Assembly (NCBI GenBank): GCA_041172365.1
Contig: JBEDKD010000203.1
Span: forward strand, 1-24,000
Length of the DNA stretch: 24,000 nt
From: Cyanobacteriota bacterium
GTDB taxonomy: Bacteria; Cyanobacteriota; Cyanobacteriia; Cyanobacteriales; Microcoleaceae
Direction of reading: 5' to 3'
In this document: positions 15,487 to 24,000 of the stretch, piece after piece
Numbering within the stretch: the first letter of the stretch is position 1
Layout: every line of letters begins with the position of its first letter
The notes under the pieces: model-generated
Seen by the model: the letters and a program-made list of their open reading frames with translations, nothing else
Told to the model about the DNA's origin: nothing
The model's database searches: none
Program-made: the position numbers and the translations under genes

Positions 15487-17436
15487 TCATAGCCGTGATT
15501 TTTCTAACCAATAAGTCGTCATTTCTCCCCTCCCTTTAACAGAAACTTGCCCACGTTTCTCAAACTCAAACTTCTCTTTTAATCGTTCATAAGTTGCCTC
15601 AGTCACTTGAATCTTACCCGGTAAACCCGATGATTCCATACGAGAGGCAACATTTACCGCGTCACCCCACAAATCATAAATAAATTTCTTCACCCCAATG
15701 ACACCCGCGACTACAGAGCCACTATTAATACCAATTCGGATTTGTAAATCTTCGTCATACTTGGCCTGAAACTGCGCGATCGCGCCTTGCATATCCAGAG
15801 CCATAAGTGCAATAACTTCCGCGTGATCAGGTTTAGCAAGAGGCAATCCCCCCACCACCATATAAGCATCCCCAATGGTTTTAATTTTTTCTAAACCATG
15901 CTTTTCCGTTAACGCGTCGAAAGTGGAAAAAATCTCATTCAATAAATTGACTAACTCCGTCGGTTTGATCCGAGTAGATAAAGGAGTAAAACCGACAATA
16001 TCCGCAAATAAAATTGTCACTTCATCGAAGTTTTCAGCAATAGCACTTGTATCTTGTTTCAACCGTTTCACAATAGAACTAGGCAAAACATTTAATAATA
16101 ATTGCTCGGATTTCTCCTGACTTTCTTGTAAAGCTAAATCAGTAATTTGACGCTCTAATTCTGCTCCGGCTCTTGCCGCGAAAATCTTTAAAACTAACTC
16201 CCTTGTTTCATCATCTTGCATCGGATTTACATCCAACACCGCGATATGACCGATCACATTACCTGTAGAATCAATTAAGGGTATTCCGGCATAGCTTCGG
16301 GCCTTAGAATCAACTAAAATTGTCTCTTCAGAAAAACGAGAAATGATATTATCATGATAGCAAGAATATTTTTTATTACTAATGACTTCTTCACAGGGAG
16401 TTCCCTTCAAGTCATACTCAATATTTTGAACGAAATTATTATTGCTCCAAAATGATAAAGTTCTAACTCTATTTTTTTCAACATAGCCATATTCGGTGAC
16501 TAAAGTATAACTAGCTCCCAATATTTCCGCGAGGTTTCGGACACAGGAGCGAAAAAACTCACGGCCAGTTTTTGACGCGGTTCCCTCAACAATTAATTGC
16601 AGGGCTTCTTCCCGGCGTTTGCGCTCGCTAATATCCCTCACTACGCAGAGGACTGAGTTAGGAGAGAGGGGGGAAATATTCGCACATAAATCCGTTTTTC
16701 CTCGCGCTGTCATCAGACTATCTTCTATTTCAACATTCTGCTTAGTTTCTAAAACTTTTTGGATAGCCGAAAATATGATATCCGCGGTTTTTTGGGGTAA
16801 GATATCGTGCAGTTTTTTCCCTATTTTTTCTCCGTCGGATGGGAAGAATAACTGAGTATTTGTGTCAGCTATTTTTAAATAGTATCCCTCAGAATCAAAG
16901 ACGATAACTGATTCCGTCATTCCTTTAAATAGAGCGCGTAGTTCCGCCTCTGAACTTGCCAACGCGGCTTGAGTTTTTTGCAAAGCTGTTACGGTTTGCT
17001 GTAACTGTTCATTACGAAGTTGGAGATTTTTCTGAAGGCTTTGGATTTTCAACTGAGTTTGAATTCTCACTAAGATTTCTTCTAGTTGAAAGGGTTTGGT
17101 TATGTAATCTACTCCTCCCACTTCAAAGGCTTGAAGTTTATCATCAATGCCATCACCAGCACTTAAAAAAATGATAGGAATAGAACTGGTTTGGGGATTT
17201 TTTTTCAATTCTTGACAAACTTCATAGCCTCCCATTCCTGGCATATTAATGTCCAGAAGAATCAGAGCCGGAGTCACGGTTTTGGCAGCAATTAACGCAC
17301 CTTGTCCATTGATTGCTTTGCGTACATTGTATCCTTTTTCATAGAGAAAATCCGATAAAAAGCGAATATTTTCAATTTTGTCATCAACCACAAGAATATC
17401 CGCGATAAATTCATCATTTTTTACATTTATTTCCAT
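15487..17436 (-). CDS. Response-regulator receiver / PAS / GAF / class III adenylate (or guanylate) cyclase fusion protein, 649 aa
   Basis: REC: ILVVDD...LILLDINMPGMGG...KPF. A coiled-coil linker follows. PAS-like segment (LFKGMTESVIVFD...VVRDISERKRRE). GAF at aa 279-430. CHD: VTILFADIVGFTPLS...KIKTIGDAYMVVGGLP...RIGINSGSVVAGVIG...YDLWGDAVNVASRMES. Confidence 0.92.
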   Translation of the reverse strand: MEINVKNDEFIADILVVDDKIENIRFLSDFLYEKGYNVRKAINGQGALIAAKTVTPALILLDINMPGMGGYEVCQELKKNPQTSSIPIIFLSAGDGIDDKLQAFEVGGVDYITKPFQLEEILVRIQTQLKIQSLQKNLQLRNEQLQQTVTALQKTQAALASSEAELRALFKGMTESVIVFDSEGYYLKIADTNTQLFFPSDGEKIGKKLHDILPQKTADIIFSAIQKVLETKQNVEIEDSLMTARGKTDLCANISPLSPNSVLCVVRDISERKRREEALQLIVEGTASKTGREFFRSCVRNLAEILGASYTLVTEYGYVEKNRVRTLSFWSNNNFVQNIEYDLKGTPCEEVISNKKYSCYHDNIISRFSEETILVDSKARSYAGIPLIDSTGNVIGHIAVLDVNPMQDDETRELVLKIFAARAGAELERQITDLALQESQEKSEQLLLNVLPSSIVKRLKQDTSAIAENFDEVTILFADIVGFTPLSTRIKPTELVNLLNEIFSTFDALTEKHGLEKIKTIGDAYMVVGGLPLAKPDHAEVIALMALDMQGAIAQFQAKYDEDLQIRIGINSGSVVAGVIGVKKFIYDLWGDAVNVASRMESSGLPGKIQVTEATYERLKEKFEFEKRGQVSVKGRGEMTTYWLEKSRL

Positions 17437-17527
17437 TGAAGTCTATCCCAGAAAAGAATAATGAAGGCAAAGAGGGAGATATTGCCCCTACAGTTGGTGT
17501 ATGTGCATAAATTTTGTCCTAGTTTTT

Positions 17528-20500
17528 TCAAATATTTTGGGACTCCATCGGTTCAGTAATCATCTCGATTAATTGATGAAATTGATAGGTTTCCACCAGT
17601 TTAGTTAAAGTATCAATTAACGAGGGGTATTGAGGGGGAATTTGACTAATGAGTTTGAGACTAACCCTATCATCGCCTTGGGCGGCTGCATTGTGAAGTT
17701 GGGCGATCCATTCTGATGTCATAATTGTCCAAGCATTAGTATCCAAGGCACTATCGGGTTGAGAGTCAATGAGATTTTTCGCCTTCACGGATTCGGAGAT
17801 CGTTGCAGTTTCTTCATTATCATATTTTACCCCCAGATACTTAGCTAAAATCGCGAGAATTTCCTGTCGACGAAAGGGCTTGCCTACAAAGGCGTCGCAG
17901 CCGGCGTTGAAACATTCTTGCCGTTGTTCAGCAAAAGCACTCGCGGTGATCGCGATGATGATGGGAAGGTTGGGTAAAGGGGAGTTTTGTGAGGTTAATT
18001 CGGAGTTTTCTTGGGCATAATGTTTGATTTTTCGGGTTGCCTCATAGCCATCAACTACAGGCATTTGCATATCCATAAAGATGAGATGAGGATGCCACTT
18101 TTGCCAGAGAGTAATTGCCTCCTGTCCATTTTGGGCTTCCTGAACCTCAAAACCCAAATCGCGTAAGATTTTGACCAATAATAGACGGTTAACAGAGGTA
18201 TCTTCCGCGACTACAATGCGATAGTTAGGCTGTCCGGGTAAGAGACGTGATGCCTGTTCAAAATTAGAGGATACAGCCCGGGAGGTAAGTTCAGAAAAAC
18301 CCGCGTGAATTTGGAATGAAAAACAACTACCCTTACCCGGTTCACTTTTAACAGTAATTTCTCCTCCCATCATTTGCACAAACTTCTGACTAATTCGTAA
18401 TCCTAAACCTGTACCTTCTTTCGATTCCCGCCCGACGCGTGTCTGTTTAAAAGCCTTAAACAAATCCCCAATTTCTTCGGAGGCAATTCCATATCCTGTA
18501 TCTTCTACTTCAAAGTAAAGATTCCATTGTTTGTTATCTGTATCAAATCCTGACTCCTCACTTTTAATTCGCAAGATGACACTACCCTTGGGAGTAAATT
18601 TAATCGCGTTACCGAGGAGGTTAATTAATACCTGACGCAGTTTGTTTTCATCGGCTTTAATGTCTCGCGGTACATTGGCTCCCATCTCTAAACTTAGATG
18701 CAAGCCTTTCGACTGGGCTTTTTGTTGTAACATCCCTTTGAGACTATGAAGGAGATTGTGTAGATTAAACACCGCGTTATCAAGGGTAACTTGTCCTGCT
18801 TCGATTTTAGACATCTCCAAGACATCATTAATTAGTCCTAGTAAATGCTCCCCACTTTGATTAATAATGTTGATATATCGTTGATGAGCAGAAGTTAGGG
18901 ATTGATCTCGCTGCATTAATTGGGTATAACCAAGGATGGCATTGAGTGGAGTACGCAATTCATGGCTCATGTTTGCCAGAAATTCACTTTTGGCGCGGTT
19001 CGCGGTATCCGCGGCTTCTTTTGCCAGTTTTAATTCCTTAGCCTGGTGTTGAGTTTGGGCAAATAGTTCTGCTTGTTGCAGCGCGATCCCAAGCTGATTA
19101 CCAACTTTTGTTACCATTCGCACTTCTGCTTCTTGCCACTGGCGGGGATTACTATTTTGGTAAACTGCTAATAAACCCCAGAGTTGATTGCCACAAAAGA
19201 TGGGGGCATTGATGTAAGCCCGTGCCTGTAATTGTTCTAGGAGTTCAATATAGCAGGGAGTGAATCCGGCTTGGTAAATGTCACTCACACAGCAATAGCT
19301 GTCTTTTTGCCGATAAATTCCCCCTTTGGTGGTTTGCAGATGTGTGTCAGTAATCAACGTATCTGAAGAGTTGAGTTTGAGAATGCGACAATCTGGTTCA
19401 TTTACTGTCACTTTTGTTAGTTGAGGTGTCGATGCCCATTGGGGAAATATGGCATTCCAACCATCAACCACAGACTCAGAAACGATAGAGCCACTCCAAT
19501 CTGTATTGAAACGATAGATCAGGACGCGATCGCAGTGAATAGCCTGCCGTAGTTCAACTGTTGTGGCATTAAAAATGGATTCCAAGTTAAGGCTTTGACG
19601 CATTTGCAGGATCACATGATTCATGGCCTTTTCGCGTTCCGCCATCACCCGAATCGCGGCTTCCGCAGCCTTCCGTTCCGAAATTTCGGTTTCAAGGGCC
19701 TGATTCGCGGTCGTAAGTTCGGCCGTGCGTGCCTCAACCCGGCCTTCCAGTTTCTCATAGGCGGCGCGTTTCTCTTCCTCTGCCCATTTACGTTGTAATT
19801 CAGCGGAAGCTCGTGCGGCAAATACCTGTAGAAGGGTTTCGGTGCGATCGTCTGTCCGAAAGGGTTTGACATCGACAATACAAAGATTCCCAATCACATT
19901 CTGATTGATATCAACTATGGGAACACCTAGGTAGCTCTCCGCACCCAACTTTTCCAGCAATGGGTTATTCGGAAAAAGTTTCTGTAAGCCGCTGGGATAG
20001 GCACAGAACATATTCTTCTGAACGACGTTTTGACAAGGAGTGTTGCTCAATTCATATTCAAAGTTGTCTGCTAGATGATCTATATCCCAAACATTAATAC
20101 TACGAATTTTTTGTAAGGAGTTGTCAACCGTCTCAAATACCATCGCGTAGGCGACATCTAATGCTGTTGCCAGATTTTTTACTAGAGCCGGAAAAAAATC
20201 GTCTCCAGTGACAGAAGCGGTGCCAGAAACAATCGTTTTCAGGGTTTCCTCGGTTCGTTGCCTTTGAGCAACTTGCTGTTGTAATTCCCGATTCACGGCT
20301 TCAAGCTGCTCTGGGGTTTGCAGTGCCAAAAATTGCGGCAATAGTTCTACAAGTTGTAAGGCTGTATAACAAGAAACTAGAGCTGTAATGGCTTGCTCAA
20401 TTCCTGACACCCAATAGTCGGGGTGCCAAAGGGTCCAGATGTCTAATAAATGACCCGCACCACAGAGGACAATAAAGGCTCCAAATAAACGGAATACGTT

Positions 20501-20686
20501 GGAAAAGGGAATATCGCCCCGTTTGCGGACGAAGTAGATCAGCATTGCTGGAATCGAGAAGTACGCGATCGCGATCAGCGCATCACTGACAATATGCAAT
20601 CCCACCAGGGGAGTTTGCCAGAGGTAACAATGCCCATGTGGAATATAGTTATGAGAAGATAGAATATTTTTCAATAATTGCAACAC
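17528..20686 (-). CDS. Hybrid sensor histidine kinase, 1052 aa: ETR1-like ethylene-binding transmembrane domain, GAF, coiled coil, GAF, HisKA, HATPase, REC, and a C-terminal helical tail
   Basis: The N-terminus [28 protein letters not shown]...[23 protein letters not shown] parallels Arabidopsis ETR1 [29 protein letters not shown]...[21 protein letters not shown]. HisKA: [14 protein letters not shown]. HATPase: N-box [12 protein letters not shown] and G-boxes DTGYGI / GTGLGL. REC: IVVAEDT...[13 protein letters not shown]...GKPF. Confidence 0.92.
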   Translation of the reverse strand: MLQLLKNILSSHNYIPHGHCYLWQTPLVGLHIVSDALIAIAYFSIPAMLIYFVRKRGDIPFSNVFRLFGAFIVLCGAGHLLDIWTLWHPDYWVSGIEQAITALVSCYTALQLVELLPQFLALQTPEQLEAVNRELQQQVAQRQRTEETLKTIVSGTASVTGDDFFPALVKNLATALDVAYAMVFETVDNSLQKIRSINVWDIDHLADNFEYELSNTPCQNVVQKNMFCAYPSGLQKLFPNNPLLEKLGAESYLGVPIVDINQNVIGNLCIVDVKPFRTDDRTETLLQVFAARASAELQRKWAEEEKRAAYEKLEGRVEARTAELTTANQALETEISERKAAEAAIRVMAEREKAMNHVILQMRQSLNLESIFNATTVELRQAIHCDRVLIYRFNTDWSGSIVSESVVDGWNAIFPQWASTPQLTKVTVNEPDCRILKLNSSDTLITDTHLQTTKGGIYRQKDSYCCVSDIYQAGFTPCYIELLEQLQARAYINAPIFCGNQLWGLLAVYQNSNPRQWQEAEVRMVTKVGNQLGIALQQAELFAQTQHQAKELKLAKEAADTANRAKSEFLANMSHELRTPLNAILGYTQLMQRDQSLTSAHQRYINIINQSGEHLLGLINDVLEMSKIEAGQVTLDNAVFNLHNLLHSLKGMLQQKAQSKGLHLSLEMGANVPRDIKADENKLRQVLINLLGNAIKFTPKGSVILRIKSEESGFDTDNKQWNLYFEVEDTGYGIASEEIGDLFKAFKQTRVGRESKEGTGLGLRISQKFVQMMGGEITVKSEPGKGSCFSFQIHAGFSELTSRAVSSNFEQASRLLPGQPNYRIVVAEDTSVNRLLLVKILRDLGFEVQEAQNGQEAITLWQKWHPHLIFMDMQMPVVDGYEATRKIKHYAQENSELTSQNSPLPNLPIIIAITASAFAEQRQECFNAGCDAFVGKPFRRQEILAILAKYLGVKYDNEETATISESVKAKNLIDSQPDSALDTNAWTIMTSEWIAQLHNAAAQGDDRVSLKLISQIPPQYPSLIDTLTKLVETYQFHQLIEMITEPMESQNI

Positions 20687-20987
20687 AATACTTTTCTCCT
20701 GAAAAATAGTAGCTCACCAACATGATCGACTGGCTAGGTAGTTACTTCCGCCTCCGCCGATCCCCTATTTTTATGTATGATCAGCAATAAAGAAGGCTAA
20801 TGCCTGTTGCCACCGGTATTATTACCTTGAGATATGAGATTCCTTAACCCTAGTAACTTAAATCGTTACATCCTTAAATCTATATTGCCATCCACGATGG
20901 AACTTTAAGTCGGAAACTTAACAAATCAAAAGGGAATTTTAGCCAAAAGTCATAGAATGACGAAACGCGGTCTGAAAAAACGTTCTG

Positions 20988-22382
20988 TTGAGTAATATAA
21001 TCTTTGTGCGACCTGTGGTTTCTCCTGACGACTTCTTGGAACAATTAACATTACCATCTCACAAACGTAGAAGAGGCGTTCTTCTTAGCTCTCAGGGCTG
21101 GCAACGCTTACAGGCTGCGGAATATTTGTCCGCCGCACGGGACAATGCGGGTATTCCTTATACTTTAGAACAGTTGAGCGAACGTACCGGATTAAGCACT
21201 AAAACCCTAACGAAGGTACGTCGCCGCCAAAATCCTGTGGATTTGCCTACCTTAGCAGTTTACTTTAAAACCTTTGGACTTTCTTGGGGGGCCGATGACT
21301 ACATCAGCCAAGAGCCTGAGCCCAGTGCATCAATGACTATTTTGGCGGGCTTGCCACCCACGCCTCTGAAAGGGCAACTGCCTCTGGATTCGCCATTTTA
21401 TATCTATCGGCCACCCGCGGAAACACTCCTGCTCAAAGAGATTTTTCACCCCGGAGCCTTAATCCGAATCCGCGCCCCTCGACAGTTTGGCAAAACTTCT
21501 CTGGTTGCGCGCGCCCTCTGTCAAGCAGAAGAAAAGGGGGTTCGCACAGCAGTGGTTAGTTTACAATTGGCTGACAGTAGTGTATTTGAGAGTTTAAGCC
21601 AATTCCTTCAATGGTTGTGTGTGATGGTGAGTCGTAGTCTGGGCTTGCCTAACCAAATTGATAACTTTTGGAATCCGATGTTTGGCAGTAGTTATAGTTG
21701 TAATGATTATTTTGAGAGCTATTTGCTATCTGCGGCTGAGAGTCCCCTTGTCTTGGTATTGGATGAGGTTAATGTGGTGTTTCATTATCCTAAGATCGCG
21801 ACGGATTTTTTTGGAATGTTACGAGCTTGGTATGAGCGATCGCGACACTGCACGGATGGCAGTGATCTCTGGCAAAAACTTCGGCTGATTATTGTTTATT
21901 CTACTGATGTATTTTTGCCCTTGAATATACATCAATCGCCTTTTAATGTGGGGTTATTGATTACATTATCGGGATTTAATCAGGAGCAGGTGCAGGAATT
22001 GGCTGTGCGCTATGGAGTGACTCCTCCAGAAACTTATGGGGTCCAGTTATTAAGGCTTGTCGGTGGAAATCCCTACTTGACTCAATTGGCTCTATTTCAC
22101 TTAAGCCAACAACACATTACCCAGGAGCAATTATTAGAAACTGTGACAACTCCTCATAGTATTTTTGATAGTCATTTGAGGCAACTATTAGGATATTTAG
22201 AACAGTATCCAGAATTAAAAGAAACTATGAAAAAGGTGATTTTAGCCCCGGAGGGGATTGAGATTCACCCTACCCAAGCTTTTCAACTGCAAGGGGTAGG
22301 GTTAATTCGTTTTGAGCAGAGATTAGCTTTTTCCAGTTGTCTGTTATACCAAGAATACTTTACTCATATTTGGAATCGTTAA
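20988..22382 (+). CDS. HTH-domain plus AAA_35-type (AAA-like, STAND-related) ATPase, 464 aa. The start is uncertain (TTG at 20988).
   Basis: The N-terminus YTLEQLSERTGLSTKTLTKVRR is HTH-like. Then FYIYRPPAE...PGALIRIRAPRQFGKTSL (Walker A GKT nt 21489-21497), a Walker B-like LVLVLDEVN, then QSPFNVGL and GGNPYLTQ blocks typical of this family as I recall it. Confidence 0.8.
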   Translation: MSNIIFVRPVVSPDDFLEQLTLPSHKRRRGVLLSSQGWQRLQAAEYLSAARDNAGIPYTLEQLSERTGLSTKTLTKVRRRQNPVDLPTLAVYFKTFGLSWGADDYISQEPEPSASMTILAGLPPTPLKGQLPLDSPFYIYRPPAETLLLKEIFHPGALIRIRAPRQFGKTSLVARALCQAEEKGVRTAVVSLQLADSSVFESLSQFLQWLCVMVSRSLGLPNQIDNFWNPMFGSSYSCNDYFESYLLSAAESPLVLVLDEVNVVFHYPKIATDFFGMLRAWYERSRHCTDGSDLWQKLRLIIVYSTDVFLPLNIHQSPFNVGLLITLSGFNQEQVQELAVRYGVTPPETYGVQLLRLVGGNPYLTQLALFHLSQQHITQEQLLETVTTPHSIFDSHLRQLLGYLEQYPELKETMKKVILAPEGIEIHPTQAFQLQGVGLIRFEQRLAFSSCLLYQEYFTHIWNR

Positions 22383-22426
22383 ATTAACTACTAAGCTGTC
22401 ATACATTTGAGTTACTTATTTATAGT

Positions 22427-22706
22427 TATTTCAACGTATATTGAGAAATTTAAAAACAGTCTCACTAAGAATTTGCTAGATTTAATTCGTCTCATTTTTA
22501 TTGGGAATGACTATACACCACAAAGGCACTAAGGAATTAGGAGTAATACAACACTAAGACACTAAGACACTAAGGAAGAGGAATTCCTCAGAAGGAATCC
22601 CTCAGACGTAATATAATCATTTCAACGTATATTGAGAAATTCAAAAAACAGTCTCACTAAGAATTTGCTAGATTTAACTCGTCTCATTTTTATGGAAATG
22701 ACTATA
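22427..22706. repeat. Two copies of about 88 bp (22427-22515 and 22619-22706, offset 191 bp) bracketing an octamer-family block (CACAAAGG CACTAAGG ... CACTAAGA x2 CACTAAGG)
   Basis: ATTTCAACGTATATTGAGAAATT.AAAAACAGTCTCACTAAGAATTTGCTAGATTTAA.TCGTCTCATTTTTAT.GGAAATGACTATA was read at both positions. Confidence 0.85.
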
Positions 22707-22767
22707 TTTAGTATGTAATAAATCGTCAAAAATTTGGCACAGGCATCCTTTGTAGAAAAGAAACACG

Positions 22768-22796
22768 GTAGGGACACGGCAATGCCGTGTCCCTAC
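22768..22796. repeat. 29-bp perfect palindrome GTAGGGACACGGCAATGCCGTGTCCCTAC
   Basis: Read directly: 14-nt arms around a central A. Confidence 0.85.
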
Positions 22797-23025
22797 GAGG
22801 ATTGAACTACGCTCTACCCAACCTACAAAAAATGGCGTAGGTGTTGTCAATACTCAACAGCTTATCTGCCGCAATTCTTCTGTTTTTTCCATAACAAAAT
22901 TTCAGTTTTATACTATGATATTGTAAGTTGTGTTGAAAAAAATGGAGATGGTTACTAGGACTCTCTTTGTCTATTCAAGCTGGGAGCATCCCGATAGTGT
23001 AAAAAGCTTTTTTTTGGAGTGGGAT

Positions 23026-23100
23026 CGTCTCGCTCCCTAGCCCGATGGAGCCGGGAGCGAGAGGTCCGATGCTCCGCACAGGCTACGCCAACCCACTACC
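23026..23100. repeat. Inverted copy of the MITE-like element seen at 11317-11398
   Basis: GGAGTGGGATCGTCTCGCTCCC...GGGAGCGAGAGGTCCGATGCTCCGCACAGGCTACGCCAACCCACTACC is the reverse complement of the 11.3-kb copy with a variant central loop. Confidence 0.75.
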
Positions 23101-23192
23101 TATTTACAAAAATGGGATGCTCCCTTTAAGCCAGCCTACTCTGTTTTTTTCTCTGTTTTCTCTGTGGTATTACCTATCGAAAAACTCTCTCT

Positions 23193-24000
23193 ATGCTCAC
23201 CTCCTACAGTCCAAACCACAACTATCAAGTGGGTGGTAGTTTACCCTTCAATGCTTCCACCTATGTCCGACGACAAGCCGATGACACCTTATTTCAAGGA
23301 CTGTTGCGTGGTGAATTTTGCTATGTTTTTAATGCTCGACAAATGGGTAAGTCTAGTTTGCGCGTACAGACTACCTATCGTCTCCAAGCTCAAGGGGTGC
23401 GCTGTGGAGTGATTGATATTACCGCGATCGGGACTCAGGAGGTTTTACCTGAACAATGGTATGGCTCTATTGTTGGGTTTCTTGCTAAAAAATTTCAGCT
23501 TGATGTAAATTTATTAAGTTGGTGGAAAGAACGCGCTCATCTCTCTTTTGTTAACCGTTTAAGTGATTTTTTTGATAGTGTTCTACTTCCTCAAATTGCT
23601 GAACCAATCGTCATTTTTATTGATGAAATTGACAGCGTTTTGAGTCTGAAATTCTCGACGGATGACTTTTTTGCCCTCATTCGTGCCTGCTATAACCGAC
23701 GGGCTGAACAGTTTGAATATCGTCGTTTGACTTTTGCTCTTTTTGGCGTAGCCACTCCCGCGGACTTGATTTCTGATTCCACTCGCACTCCTTTTAATAT
23801 CGGACAGGCGATCGAATTACGCGGCTTTCAATTAACAGAAGCTACACCCCTTCTATCGGGGTTAGCCGAAACTGTTATTGACTCAAAAACGGCTCTTCAA
23901 CGTATTCTCTACTGGACGGGAGGACAACCATTTTTAACCCAAAAATTATGTCAATTAGTCGTCCAATTCGGGGGTAAAGATAATTCTGCTCTTGGGATTT
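23193..24000 (+). CDS. AAA_35-type/STAND-like ATPase, N-terminal part (ORF open to the window end, about 269 codons visible)
   Basis: ATG at 23193. Reads MLTSYSPNHNYQVGGSLPFNASTYVRRQADDTLFQGLLRGEFCYVFNARQMGKSSLRVQT...VIFIDEIDSVL...GGQPFLTQKLC. Walker A GKS is at nt 23346-23354. It is absent from the ORF track because no stop falls inside the window. The track ORF 23164..23412 is in the wrong frame. Confidence 0.8.
   Translation, partial: MLTSYSPNHNYQVGGSLPFNASTYVRRQADDTLFQGLLRGEFCYVFNARQMGKSSLRVQTTYRLQAQGVRCGVIDITAIGTQEVLPEQWYGSIVGFLAKKFQLDVNLLSWWKERAHLSFVNRLSDFFDSVLLPQIAEPIVIFIDEIDSVLSLKFSTDDFFALIRACYNRRAEQFEYRRLTFALFGVATPADLISDSTRTPFNIGQAIELRGFQLTEATPLLSGLAETVIDSKTALQRILYWTGGQPFLTQKLCQLVVQFGGKDNSALGI

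Noticed and set aside
22790-22830. tRNA-like string GAGGATTGAACTACGCTCTACCCAACC
   Set aside because: It resembles a T-arm fused to a D-arm of a minus-strand tRNA, but it is far too short, lacks an anticodon arm and acceptor pairing, and no cloverleaf can be drawn. It is possibly a tRNA-derived repeat fragment.
23164-23412. 82-aa track ORF and 23045-23239 64-aa ORF
   Set aside because: The frame starting at ATG 23193 gives a clear AAA_35/STAND-type N-terminus and stays open to the window end. The listed ORFs are off-frame overlaps or cross the MITE-like element.

Overview
The window looks cyanobacterial. HIP1 octamers (GCGATCGC, e.g. 414-421) are frequent, small dispersed repeats are dense, and the gene content fits. 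The repeat style suggests a filamentous, Oscillatoriales-type genome, but that is from memory only. Housekeeping and signalling genes are interleaved with accessory material. From left to right: a 90-bp tandem array cut by the window edge; a Tat-signal orthocaspase homologue whose catalytic His/Cys are replaced by Tyr/Ser; an RseP-type site-2 protease; a stand-alone IscB-type nuclease (split RuvC plus HNH, 424 aa) preceded by about 480 bp of structured non-coding DNA that I interpret as its omega/HEARO guide RNA; FabG; a DUF433/DUF5615 toxin-antitoxin pair; a roughly 1-kb nest of MITE-like repeats; a toxin gene remnant; a zinc-ribbon Ser/Thr kinase with an SPQS microsatellite; a two-gene cassette whose retropepsin-like gene is interrupted by a 67-bp repeat; an alpha/beta hydrolase operon; a DUF2839 gene; a REC-PAS-GAF adenylate cyclase next to a hybrid histidine kinase with an ETR1-like ethylene-binding membrane domain; and two AAA_35/STAND-type ATPase genes, the second running off the window. 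The main candidate system is the IscB plus upstream RNA locus at about 4.4-6.5 kb. It has no TnpA, cas genes or CRISPR array nearby. All calls come from reading the sequence and translations by eye. No searches, folds or alignments were run.
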